The notes: generated by a model from the letters alone, not told the origin. A stretch of DNA of 47,903 nucleotides from Craspedostauros australis (GCA_030167865.1 JALAGF010005331.1:1-47903), one strand, 5' to 3'; counted from the first letter of the stretch, positions 32,860 through 44,506 are shown. Translations and numbers: made by a program.

Positions 32860-34146
32860 CGCGGGTGTGGTGGTGGTGGTGGTGGGAGAGTTTCTGTCTG
32901 AGTATGACACGAGCCAAACGGTATTGGGTTTGTTCCAGTATCCGTGCAAGTATCATCGAACCACAAGGTGGAATGAATGGTGGAGTCAGGAAGTATTGGT
33001 GGTCTCTTGCAACGGTTCTATTCGTATTGAATCGTACTCCCAATCGTCCTCTCGATCGTACTCCTCCTTGTGTGTCTCTGCTCTCTCGATATCGATGTCT
33101 CTGGCGATGCCTATCGCTGTCCGTCACCTCTTCAACGGTCCGATGCACAAAGTTCGAGCGTCTCCGTCATGGGAGTTGCTGCGTCTGTCGCCGCAATTCT
33201 TCTTGTTCGGTTACTCCCTCTTCCCTTGTTCATCTCGTGGCTGTTGGTGTCGGCAGGAGCGTTTTTGCGTTGGACGCAGGTTCCACGATCATCGAGCCGT
33301 TGTTGTGTGATTTTCCTTTCCCAGTTTTTGGTGACCAACCAGTCGTTTCTTCGGCCATGGTCACAGACTTGCGCAAGTGATTTTGTGCACAGTTCGGTGA
33401 GTCACGCGGAGCATCGAAAGCGTGTCGAGGACAAAAGACAAGGTCATCCGTTCACTTTCGTTTCGTACCTGTAAGATGTCGCGAAAGACTCGTCTAGGAC
33501 ATTTGTATGACATTGAGTGTGACAAGGCCACCGGATTGGTGAAGGTCCGCGAAACGTGGTTGGCGATCCTGGTCACCCCCAAAATACGGCTATTTTTGGG
33601 GGACGACAGGAACTAACTGTTTTCGTCTCTTCTCCTTCATCTCCGTTCGCATTCGCCGTGTCATCCTTCTGTCACTGATCTCCCATCATGGCGATGGTGA
33701 TGGCGATCCCATTCCGACGTTTGTGATGGGTGGGTGGGGGGAGAAAATACGATCTGGTGCGGTGAGGAACAACGCGATCTGGGTGATGCGATCTTGCGCG
33801 TGATGGGGAACAAACGGCGATGCCACTTTCTGCGGAACAATGCGATCTGAATGTCATTCGATTCGCTTCCATGCGATGCAGTGCGCTGTGGTGCGATGCG
33901 ATCTATTCTCTCTTCTGCACTCTTGCGACGTGCGAGGCAATAGAGAATGAGAATGATGGGATGAAAGGATCGACCTTACTTCAACAACAGCGACAGTGAG
34001 ATCGCACAGATACGCACCGGCAGGGCTGCTATCACCCCCCACCGGCATGTCTGCTTGCCTATCCACGCAGATACTACATTTCTGGAGTGCCCACATGCTT
34101 TCATAAAAACAGAAACAGACGCAGCGATCACAGAACGACGATCACG

Positions 34147-35874
34147 ATGCAGCACATCATCTCTCATCGCACCCTCTGCTGGCTCTTCCTGTGCCACGCA
34201 CACCTCGCCATGACGACCACCGCCTTCGTCGTGCCGTCGCCATTGCCATCATCATCAGCATCGTCGTTATCGTTGCCGGCCGTGAGGACTGGATGGGCGC
34301 CTCGATTTCGTGGGATGCCATGGTCACGCTCATCCGCCACGTCCAATCCATCCAGGCTGGTGCTGCGATACCAAAACTCAACGAGCGACGACGCGGTCGC
34401 TATCGCTGTCCCCTCGGTTCGGGAGATCGCCGCCCAAGCAGCCGGCTCTGCAACTGCCGCCACCACTATCGCTTGTCCAAAAGGGCGCTTCCATCGTGAC
34501 GCGGCCAAGGAGACGCAAGCGGCACAACCATGTATCATTGAAATCCATGGTCGTCGATACAACATGACGGCATGGGCCAATGCCCATCCAGGAGGCGTCA
34601 AGATCTTGCAGCGCTTTCATAACAAGGATGCCACCAAGGCATTTGCTGCGGCCGGCCATTCTGCCGAAGCCTACGCCATGCTCAAAGATTTTGCCATTGA
34701 CGATGACGATCATCACCAACATATCCACGGCAGTGCCAATGATGGAACCGCTCAAGCAGCAGCAGCATCGACGGCGATGCCACTGCAACCACCGACCTTG
34801 CAAGGTGGTCGTCTGGTTCGCATGCGCCGCAAGCTCTTCACGCGTGAAGATCCCATCGGTGTCCACAAGTACCTCGGCATATTCTGCCTGCTCAACTTCA
34901 TCGGGCGGTACCGTCAGATGCTGTTTCAAGATCCCGCCGCTGGATTGGGCACCGCCGGCATGGCATGGTTCTCGCTGGCCTGCCTCATCCCGCACGCCCT
35001 GCTCAGCGCCAGCAGCCTCATGTTCCACACCGTTCCCAAAGAACGTGTAGTCGGCAAGCCCATGATCTGGAAAGAATTCCGCATGCACAACATCATCTTC
35101 GGTCTGAGATCGGTGCTGTGCTCCGCGGCGGCAGCGCTGGCGATCCGATTCGGCAACACCGCAATGGTCCGTCGCGTCGCTGTCATCTTTTCCTCGAGTT
35201 GCATCTTGACATCCCTCGTTCTGGCGGACGCTGCCACCAAGAAATTGCGTGGCAAGAAGCACGAAAGCACGACGGCCACCATGCCGTACCCTCCGGAGTT
35301 CTCCGAAGCAACCCGGTACCGTTTCAAGTGCTTCTACGCCTATGCTCAGTTCATGGCAACCTTGGCGTGTTTGGTAAGTGTGTACATGCGTGGACGATGC
35401 GCTCACCCATGCGATCAAAATAACCATTGTGTCCGACGCTACCCATGGGTATCAATACGCACCAACCCATCTAACAATCCTTCTCCATTCCTTTCTTCCG
35501 TCCTATCTTCCCACCTGTCGTGCATCGATTTGCCATGCATCCACTCCACACAGTCCGTCTGCAACCCAGCGTGGCCCTTGGCTGTCCTATTCCCCATCCA
35601 AATAGCCAGCCTCCTCATGACGTTGGTGCGCAAGTCATTGATCAGCACGCGTGCCTACCATTACGCATACACCGCGTCCTTGGTGGCCCCATGGTTGGTC
35701 GGAATTCGCCACATGAAGATAGCGTGCTCGCCGGATTTCGCCGTCATGGTTACGCTGGGATACGCCATGTACAAGCTACGATGCAAGGGTGTGAGAAAGT
35801 ACGCGCTGTGGATTCCTGCCGTCGCCCTGCGCATTGCGATTGGTGATTCGATGATCAACTACACCGCCTGGTGA
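34147..35874 (+). CDS. plastid-targeted cytochrome b5-domain multi-pass membrane protein of unknown function; intron 35374-35553
   Basis: Signal + TTA|FVVP presequence. b5 domain IHGRRYNMTAWANAHPGGVKIL..KDATKAFAAAGHSAEA. Followed by ~6-7 hydrophobic segments. The GTAAGT..CAG intron joins TLACL|SVCNPAWP in phase 0. Confidence 0.85.
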   Translation: MQHIISHRTLCWLFLCHAHLAMTTTAFVVPSPLPSSSASSLSLPAVRTGWAPRFRGMPWSRSSATSNPSRLVLRYQNSTSDDAVAIAVPSVREIAAQAAGSATAATTIACPKGRFHRDAAKETQAAQPCIIEIHGRRYNMTAWANAHPGGVKILQRFHNKDATKAFAAAGHSAEAYAMLKDFAIDDDDHHQHIHGSANDGTAQAAAASTAMPLQPPTLQGGRLVRMRRKLFTREDPIGVHKYLGIFCLLNFIGRYRQMLFQDPAAGLGTAGMAWFSLACLIPHALLSASSLMFHTVPKERVVGKPMIWKEFRMHNIIFGLRSVLCSAAAALAIRFGNTAMVRRVAVIFSSSCILTSLVLADAATKKLRGKKHESTTATMPYPPEFSEATRYRFKCFYAYAQFMATLACLVSVYMRGRCAHPCDQNNHCVRRYPWVSIRTNPSNNPSPFLSSVLSSHLSCIDLPCIHSTQSVCNPAWPLAVLFPIQIASLLMTLVRKSLISTRAYHYAYTASLVAPWLVGIRHMKIACSPDFAVMVTLGYAMYKLRCKGVRKYALWIPAVALRIAIGDSMINYTAW

Positions 35875-36365
35875 GGGTGGCGATCATCATTGATATTGGA
35901 ATCCACATGGCGCTGATCACAGGTCGGTATTGATGCACATATTGCCAGTGCAACAAACGTCACACGATACGATACAATATGATAGATGTGTGTACCAGCA
36001 ATACTCGTAAAATAAGATTGAACTAATATAATATGACACAAGATCATAGTGATATACGTATCTCATCTGTGGGCTGCTGATCGGTGATGGCCATCAAGCA
36101 CGCAAGTATCGAGAGAGTAGAGTGCTCCATGTCGTTTGTCTGGTTGCAGAGAGTGTCGGAGTTCTCCGCGGAATTCTGTTTTCGAAGGAATCCACACCGA
36201 CGCATTGAGACGGACAGTGAACAGCCATTCCGAAACGGCCGAGGCACATCGCCCATCTTGGGTATCACGCATCCTCAAGTAAAGTGATAGTAATACAAAT
36301 GCATGGAACTAGTTGTATGTTATTGCACGACGGCCTTGCCTTTGGTTCCACCGTCGGCTTGAACC

Positions 36366-38414
36366 TTAACCACGTCGCGATCGCAGTCTATCCCGAAGTT
36401 CTGCGCCATCTGGCGGCGTGTCCTTCGGCTTGCAGAAGAGGTATAACGTGGTGAGCGCGACGAAAGCAAGGAAGACGTAGACGAAGATGTTGTTGGTCCA
36501 CCACCACCCGAAGAACTTGAGGTTCTCCACCTGGACGCCGAATATCTGGCGGATGGTTGCGAAGCGCGCGTACGCGGAGAAGGACGTGGAGGCGAATTGC
36601 ACCACGGGGAGTGCGCAGAGCAGCACCAGACCGATGTTGAACATGAACGAACTCATGTACGTCCTTCCGATCCTCATTGGGTGCAGAGTGATGCAGGCGA
36701 CGCGGAGGCCGAACTTGAAGCATCCCTTGACTGCGCAGAGGAGGAGGTAGATGGTGAAGAGCGCCACGCTGAGCACTCCGAAAAGGGGGAACCAGTTGTC
36801 GAACCATTCGAAGTAGTTGTTGAGGAAGGGGGCGAGCGGCTCGTCAGGGAAGACGTAGACGCAGATGTGGATGACCCAGAACACGGACATGATGCCGGAG
36901 CAGATGCTGAAGATCAGCGCGGCGTACGGGGTGAGCGGGTTGTAATTCTCGTACTGATCCGTGCACACCTGGAACTCCTCAACGTCCTTCTCCAGCAGGA
37001 AAACAGCCTGCTTGAACTCCAGCAACGACTGTCGCTCCTCCCTGGCCTGCTTGCGCTCGTCGGACTTGAAGTAGCCGCCGATGCTTGTGACTTGGCCCAT
37101 GGTTGGGTTGCTGTCCTTCTCTACCTTGATCAATTCTCCGATATCCACGAGCTCGTTGACGCGTTCTCGAAGCGACAGCTGCGCCTCCGCGTATTCCGCG
37201 GCGTCCATGTGCCTGGGACGATTCTTGTACACGAGGTAGAGGTCCAGCGGCATGGCTGCCATTCCGATGCCGCCGAACATGGCGAAGAGGAACCAACCGA
37301 GCCATGCCATGAGCCCGGCATAGAATGTGCTGACCCCAACCTGCAACGTGATAGTCTGGTCTCCGTTGTTCGTGTTCTGGCCAGCGTAAATGTCGTCTCT
37401 GATTGTGAAGTTGGTGAGCAAGTCCTTATCGAACGGCAAGTAGGTGCTGTCGGTGCTGTTTAGGGGTGACGTGTAGGTGTAAACAAGGCCGCGCAATCCC
37501 GTACCCAAGATTTGGGTCTGCGCTGTTATGAGATCCGTGCCTTGGATCTCGTTGACCTTGATGTCGGTATCGCTGAACAAGAGGTAGGTGACCGCGAAGA
37601 TGATGCCTACGAAAACGAAGACGGCAAACTGCCACACGAGGGCCTGGCAAAGTCTGGACTTGCGCTCGGGGTTCGGTGCCACCGATGTTCCTGCCATGAG
37701 CATGCCATCGTCTGCCTCGTAGTAGAATGTGGAGAATGGGATGAAGACGAAGACCCAGATCGGAATCAGCCAGAAGAAGATGTTCCAAAACAGCTCCATG
37801 TCAAGGCCTCCGCAGACGTCGGTGTCGTAGCCGTCGCAGCCTTTTCCGTCATTTGTCAATACGGGAGGGCAGCAGAGGAGAGAAATTGCGCCATGTTGTG
37901 ATGGTGCGACGATCGGTCGATCGAGGATTGGACAACGCAGTGGTGCATGAGTGCGGAATTCATGAGCGAACGTTAGTTGTCTGCGTTGACACATCAGCCT
38001 TGACTGCAATCGCACAAGCATGATAGTGCCTCGTTTGGCGGTGCGATGACCCTGCCAATTGGCGGTACAAGTCTTGGCAAGAGTTGCGAACGCAATGCCT
38101 CGTTTTCGCATCCGCTACCGCCCAAACGGTGCACAGGCAACGCAGCACCCGCAATCGTGCGAATGGATTGCCCGACTCGAGACTCCAGAACGATGCAATA
38201 ACTCACCCGCGTATCCTTCGTTGTTGGCGACATCCAGAGGCAGCAACAGAGCCGTCGCACCTGCCAGGACGAAGCCAAATATCACCACTAACTTCGGTAG
38301 ATACGCCTCATTCTGGTCATCGGGATGCTGGTAGTGCACCAAGAGGTACAGCGCGACCACAAACAGGACGATGAAGGCGACGAGCACCGACACGACAAGG
38401 AAGATGTCGACCAT
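36366..38414 (-). CDS. LMBR1/LIMR family membrane protein; exons 38414-38207 and 37840-36366
   Basis: YLLVHYQHPDDQNEAYLPKLVV, LLPLDVAN, IPFSTFYYEAD, GWFLFAMFGGIGMAAMPLDL, HPMRIGRTYMSSFMFN. GTGAGT donor at 38206 and AAG acceptor ending 37841 give NNEGYAG-CDGYD. Confidence 0.88.
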
Positions 38415-39334
38415 GGCGCAGCTGTTGTCTGTATCTGTGTGTGTCCGTCTTGTGTGGTGCTACGGAGGTGTTGTGGTGGTGTGTAGCTCGTAGAGTACGG
38501 TAGCTTTGCTTTTGCTTTTGGGCGACCTTCCCGCGCAGAGTCGTCCTATTGTTGTTGTCGTTGGCCTTGTTTTTGTGTCTCTTTTTTGTTCCTGTCCGCA
38601 GCCGTTGTTCTTCGCTTGGTGACTGTTGTGTTGTGTGCGCTGTTTTCGCTGTCGTTACTGTCGTTGCGGCACAACGCGCTCCTGTTGCGCACAGCACGAG
38701 TGCACCTTGTGTCCGTGCTATCTATTTTCCCTTGATTCGTGCGGAAGCCTCCGATTGCCACGATTTCAAAAACCCAATCGTGACATGAATGGATTGATCC
38801 ATCGGATTAAACGAGATATTCCGCGCTCACATTTTTGGCAAATTTTGGAGTTGGGATGCGTTGAGATGAAAAACGTCGGCGTGGGTGATGTGAATCGCTG
38901 TTGTTGTGACAGCGGTGCGCCATGATGGGAGGGATGTGCGCCAAGGAACCTCGGGTGCACACCGCAGTCACAAACAAGGCGGACATTGCAAACAATCAAG
39001 CAAGCGGGAGGGCAAACCAACCAACACAAAAGCAAAAGACAAGCAGAAAATTCGCGCAACTGCAGCGAACTGTCATCACACTACCTTGCATACCATACTC
39101 TGCCAGACGAGGACCATCCACCATTGTCACATTGAAAGAACGATCAGCCACCACCTTTGAGCTTCACATTCACATTCACTCATACCACATTCACTCATAC
39201 CACATCACTCAATACTTTCCATTGAGCCAAGCCGAGTTGACTTGACTTGATTTGAAGTCACATCCCTTTGCTTTCGATTGGCAAGGTATATCCAGCGTTC
39301 ATTGACAACCATCGACGCGGTGCTGAAGATCACG

Positions 39335-40384
39335 ATGAGCGGCTCCAGAGCGTCTCTGCTGACGATAATATCGTTGCTATCATCATCGAAAGCTGTCGGC
39401 AACCCCACCACTATTGATGCGGGCTCCGCAGCCTCGACAACAGCATCCCTCACCGCAGATGTGGTCGCCGATCGCCCCTTCTGGATCCAACAGGCCTACG
39501 ACTGGGGCAACGGCGTCGAAGGCTTCCCCGCCACGAATTCTCACCGCCGGCGACTCCAAGCAATGGACGAATGCCAGATGGACGCCATGACCAACGAGGC
39601 CGCTGTGCCGGAATTCCAATGCGAATGCCAGACCACCGAAGCCGGCGTGCGCTTGGTCTGCATCCCCAACTGCGCCTACTGCAACGACGAGCAGACCTCA
39701 TGCGGTATCCGCAGCGCACAGGCCCTCTACAACGTCAACGGTACAAGATCGGCGTTGGGAGGCGTCATCCAGTACACCACGGGATGCAACGCGGGCGACG
39801 TGCTGTCGGTGGAGCAGACCGGATGCGACAGCCCCGGCGGCTGCAACGGTTGCGCCGTGTTCGCCAACGACGAGCAGTGCAATTCCTGCATCCTGCGGAC
39901 ATGCCCCGGCAGCGGGGAGCTGCGCGAGCTGATCGACTGCGAGAACATCGAGGAGGGTGCCACCTTTGATCTCTGCGACCCAGTTCAAGTCATGACCGGG
40001 ATCTTCGAGGCATTCAACTCCACCGAGTACGAGGTGTGCCTCGACCCGGAGCTCTTGATGCTGCCGCAGCAGTCCGCCGATACCAAGCAGAGCAAGTCCT
40101 CTGGTGGCAAGGGCGGCGGCAGCAGCAATGGATTGGACTGTCCCACCAGCAAAACCTCCAAAAGCTCGTCTTCCTCCAAGTCCAGCAAGTCCCGTTCTTC
40201 AACAGTCACTTCGGCGCCCACTCTGTCTGTGTTGCCCACAACCGCCCCGCAGACCGCAGCTACTTCCGCCCCCATCGGGGCTCCGACGAAGACTTCCAAG
40301 TCGAGTTCCAGCTCGTTCGACTACGAATACAAGAAGGCAAAGGGACGTAATCGTGCTCGTGCTCGTGCTCGCAATCGCAGATAA
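39335..40384 (+). CDS. secreted Cys-rich domain protein with silaffin-like Lys/Ser-rich tail
   Basis: Signal MSGSRASLLTIISLLSSSKAVG, RRRLQ, Cys-rich domain, then KQSK, KTSK, KSSK, KTSK in poly-Ser, a SAPT stalk and an Arg-rich end. Confidence 0.8.
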   Translation: MSGSRASLLTIISLLSSSKAVGNPTTIDAGSAASTTASLTADVVADRPFWIQQAYDWGNGVEGFPATNSHRRRLQAMDECQMDAMTNEAAVPEFQCECQTTEAGVRLVCIPNCAYCNDEQTSCGIRSAQALYNVNGTRSALGGVIQYTTGCNAGDVLSVEQTGCDSPGGCNGCAVFANDEQCNSCILRTCPGSGELRELIDCENIEEGATFDLCDPVQVMTGIFEAFNSTEYEVCLDPELLMLPQQSADTKQSKSSGGKGGGSSNGLDCPTSKTSKSSSSSKSSKSRSSTVTSAPTLSVLPTTAPQTAATSAPIGAPTKTSKSSSSSFDYEYKKAKGRNRARARARNRR

Positions 40385-40993
40385 GGTAGGAAAGGAGCCA
40401 GCCGAATGGAATGCTGATGGGCGTACCAACAGCAAGAGAGGAGGAGAGGGGAGCGACAAAGTGAAACCATTTGACCGACTGCGATCGGTCGGTCGGCTAC
40501 TGACAAGGGGAAGAGCAACAAGCGCAATCATAACTGTAACATACGAGTAGGTACGAGTGTCGTATCATTTGGTACAAGAAATAAGAGTAGTATCACACTT
40601 CTAATGGAACAAGGACGCTCGAGAAGGAGAGAGAGTGCCAATCGGGTTGATGTTTCATTCGCATCTTACCTGCTGCTGCATTGGGTCCGGTTCGCTTCTT
40701 CACACAATACTCGTACTTCAACACAAGATGATGCAATAGAAATACTGCAGGGCACGTATCCGTAGCACGACGACCTAACTATGTACGTGCATACGTACAT
40801 AAGATACATAGTGCTGGGTTGGAAGCCTTCACGTCATTTTTCTACTGTCTCGGTCTCTCTATTGTACAAGTCTTGTCTTTGAGTGTGTATGCCCTGATCG
40901 CAAAGAAGCACATTCCGCAGTCTGTACCATTTGCTCTCACAATTCATTGGTTCATTCATTGATTCAGTCACACCTCCACACAGATGCACTTGC

Positions 40994-43164
40994 TCATCTG
41001 GCCGCCGCAATGGCTTCATCATCATCGGTATCCTCTTCCGCAGAATCGGGCAGGATGTAATGCGCGCCAGCCGAATTAGGATTGGCTTGACAAGCCTGCG
41101 TCACGGCGTATCCGGCCGAAACGGCATCACGCACGCCGCTCGTCTCCATGGTGGGGCATCGCGCATGCAGATCGTTGGTTTCATTCAGGATATCTTCCAA
41201 CGCTTCTGAGGCCGTGGCCAAGCCGGACGAGGTGCGCACGACGCCGACGTGATCCCACATGATGCGCCGCACTTGTCGCAGCAGTTCGTTGGCGCGGCGT
41301 GATACGGATTCGACGTGTTGTGCGGATGGGCGTCGCTGCTGCTGTCTTTGTTCTTGTTGCTGTTGTCCCGCCCACCGGTCGACACATTGTTGCGCTTCGT
41401 AATTGGCGTGCATGCCTTCGTCGCTGCCGACATGATCCGCCACGGAGGAACCGAACACCAGACCTTCCAATAACGACGTCGATGCCAACCGATTTCCACC
41501 ATGCAATCCGGTGCGCGCGGCCTCACCTGCGGCGTAGAGACCCTTGAGGGTGGTCTTGCCATGCAGATCCGTCGCGATGCCACCGCACGTGTAATGTGCT
41601 GCGGGCGTGATGGGCAAACGATCCTGTCCCAGATCCAGGCCGCGCTGTGACAGATGCGCCTGGATCGTGGGGAACCGTTCGTGCAACCAGTCGGTATCGC
41701 GATGGGTGATATCCAAAAAGACGTTGTGCTGGCCCTCCGTCTTTTGCAGTTCATCGAATACACCACGTGCCACAATATCACGTGGCGCGAGTTCTCCATC
41801 GGAATGAAAATCTTTCGCAAAGGCGCGCCCCTTGGCATCGCGCAGGATGGCGCCTTCGCCACGCAGCGCCTCTGTGAGGAGGAATCGTGCCTCGTTGGGA
41901 ATGAAGAGAGAAGTTGGATGGAACTGCACGTACTCGAGGTCCTGCAGTCGCACATTGCGGCGTGTGGCGAGTGCGACGCTGGATCCGAGAGCGTTGAATC
42001 CTGCTGGGTTGGTGGAATGCTCGTAGATGCCGCCCAGGCCACCGCTGGCCAAGACGACACCACGTGATGCGAGTTCCATGTCCTGCCGTCCCGTGGTTCC
42101 ATCGAGCGTGTGGACACCGATGCAAACATCCGAATTGTTGTTGTTGTTATTATCGACGACGAGATCAGTGACTACCGTGTTTGGTTGCACTGTGATCAAT
42201 GGGTGCTGCACGGCTGCCTTTGTAATGTGCTGGGTGATAAGTCTGCCAGTCTGATCGGCGTAATGGAGGATGCGCGGTGCCGCATGGGATGCCTCTGTGG
42301 GATGCCCAAGTGTGAGGAAAATGAATCATTGGTTTCGTTTCGTTTTGTTGCATGACGTTGCGTTTCGAGGTGATGTCGGTGGTGGCGATAGTGACAATGG
42401 TGGGAACACCAAAGGCAGTTGCGGAAATATATATTAGAACGCAGTATGCAGGGGAATGCAATGTGGGCAATTTCGATTTCACCTTCGGATGTCAGTCCAT
42501 GACAAGTAATGCAGAATAATGTGCCGTCGCGCCTGCCAACACCATCGTCATCTGAAGAATGCCCACATAGATCATACCGCAGAACAACATCACAGAATGC
42601 AGCCGAATACAATGCTCCGCACTGCCTGTGGTAGCACTCACCCAAACACAAACTCAAATCCCCCTTGGCGGTGCGATCGAAGGGCACGTTGGCGAACGGC
42701 GTGCCTTGCAGCAGAAGCTGCTCCACGCGCTGCGGACCTTCATGGCTGACTTTCCGCACGGCGTCATCCTGACACAGCCCGGCACCTGCACGATGAATGT
42801 CCCGCGCCAACGAATCGGCCGAATCCCCGCTCTCGGGATCATGGTTGCGGTAAATGATACCGCCCTGCGCCCAGTTGGAGTTGCAGTCGTCGGGCATGCT
42901 GCCAGCGAACAGCAACGTGACGGGTATGTTGTAGGTTTCGGCGGCGATCAACGCGGAGGCGCTGCCGGCCACTCCGGATCCTACCACGAGGAGTCGATCG
43001 GTCGGTGCGGCGCTTGTTGCAGCGTTGGTTGTTGTGGAGAAGCATGATCGCTGCGTGGTCTTGCCAGCGGAGGCCGTGGCAAGTGCCAACAGCTGCCTCC
43101 TCTGCCATCTCTGGTGCTGCCTTGCGGACAGCGTCGCCACTTGCTTCGATAGGTTTCGGATCAT
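40994..43164 (-). CDS. nadB: L-aspartate oxidase; exons 43164-42642 and 42294-40994
   Basis: VVGSGVAG FAD motif, NSNWAQGGI, spliced LCL-E-ASHAAPRILHYADQTG (GTGAGT 42641..CAG 42295), LASGGLG, EYVQFHPT, LLTEALRGEGA, ELAPRDIVAR, PAAHYTCGGI, GLHGGNRLASTSLLEGLVFG, SAGAHY. Confidence 0.93.
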
Positions 43165-44506
43165 GCTGTCTGCTCGTATTCTTCTTTCTTAATAGTCTGT
43201 CTGTGGTTGACGGTGGTTGACGGTGGTTGCATGAACGGAATGCTGCCGGTATTTTGCAACAGATGTGATGTTCTTTATGACCCCGAGCAGTCAAAGAGGG
43301 TAAGGATTGTGAAGGCGGTGGCGATTTGCTGAATGGGGTCAGACGCTGTCGTCGTTGTGTGCGTTGCGTGCGTTGCTGTCGTCGTTGACGTTGAAGCTGG
43401 TGATGGCACGGATGGCAACCAAGAGAACGATGATAACGGCCGCTCCAACAAAGGCGAACGAATCAATGCGAATGGTGAGGAGCCAAGACCAAATGCCGAC
43501 AAGAACCGTTTCTTCCCTTTTTCTTCTTTGCTTCGTCTTGGGCTGAGCGGTTGGCTTCAATCAGTCGGAGGATTGCAAGAGTATTGGTACGGGTATTGGT
43601 ATGGGTATTGTTGCGATCTACTCTACTCTTCTCTACTCTACTCTACTCTCTGCTTGAACATGCTTCCTTCCTTCCAACCACTCACCATTGGATGATGACA
43701 CACACCTCACTCGATGCTGACGACTCACCTCCTCTGTTGGCACAGTACGATGGAAATACGCTCCCACGGCTTCGCGAAAGGCGCAAAGAAGTCAGTTCGT
43801 CAGCTTGTCAGCCAGTTTGTCAGCCAGTTGGTTGGTTGGCAGCAGCGCCATGACAGCACGAGCGAAAACAACGACGAAAAAGTGGATAGCTCAACCAGAT
43901 GGCCACACGATGACATGGAACCAAAAAGAAGCCAATCAAATTGTTCAACACGAACTCTGTCAACGTTTGGAGGCTGTGGATTGGCGCATCTGGGGGGCGT
44001 GAGGATACGGGGGGGGGGAACGCTCCGTTCGTGTTTGTTGTGACGTGTGTGAACAGAAATGAACAGGAAGGAGACCTCAAACACGTGCCGGACACACTAT
44101 GATAGAACGCGAAGAAATCGCTTCTTGGTGCCGGCACTATGACGTCAAGGCGTGGCGGCAGTTTCATGGTACATCGAAGAAACGTGGTATCGCGGGATAT
44201 CACAAGTACCACAGTTGGTACAATGACTATTGTTGTTGTTGTTTAGCGGACAGAATCTATCTCCGATCTATTTAACGGACGAGACGTCGACGAGATCACC
44301 CAAAAGCTGTCGCAGCCAAACCGCGGTGAGCTCCTGTGCAAGTGTTGACCATGGTGCCATCAGCGCACAACAACGAAAGCCGCCGCCGCAAACAACACAA
44401 TATAGTAGGCCGTACCATACCAATACTCAAAGGATCGTCACATATCGACACCACCAGCACTCCCACCTGCACTTGCCAACACCACTGACCGACGCCAGCA
44501 ACAACC

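Noticed and set aside
36366..38414. LMBR1-family gene as a cobalamin transporter
   Set aside because: The motifs support only the broad LMBR1/LIMR family. Orthology to LMBRD1 cannot be shown from sequence alone.
44041..44147. TGACGT/TGACGTCA bZIP (aureochrome-type) boxes in the nadB/THOC5 divergent region
   Set aside because: 6-8-bp motifs are expected by chance in 48 kb; no further support.
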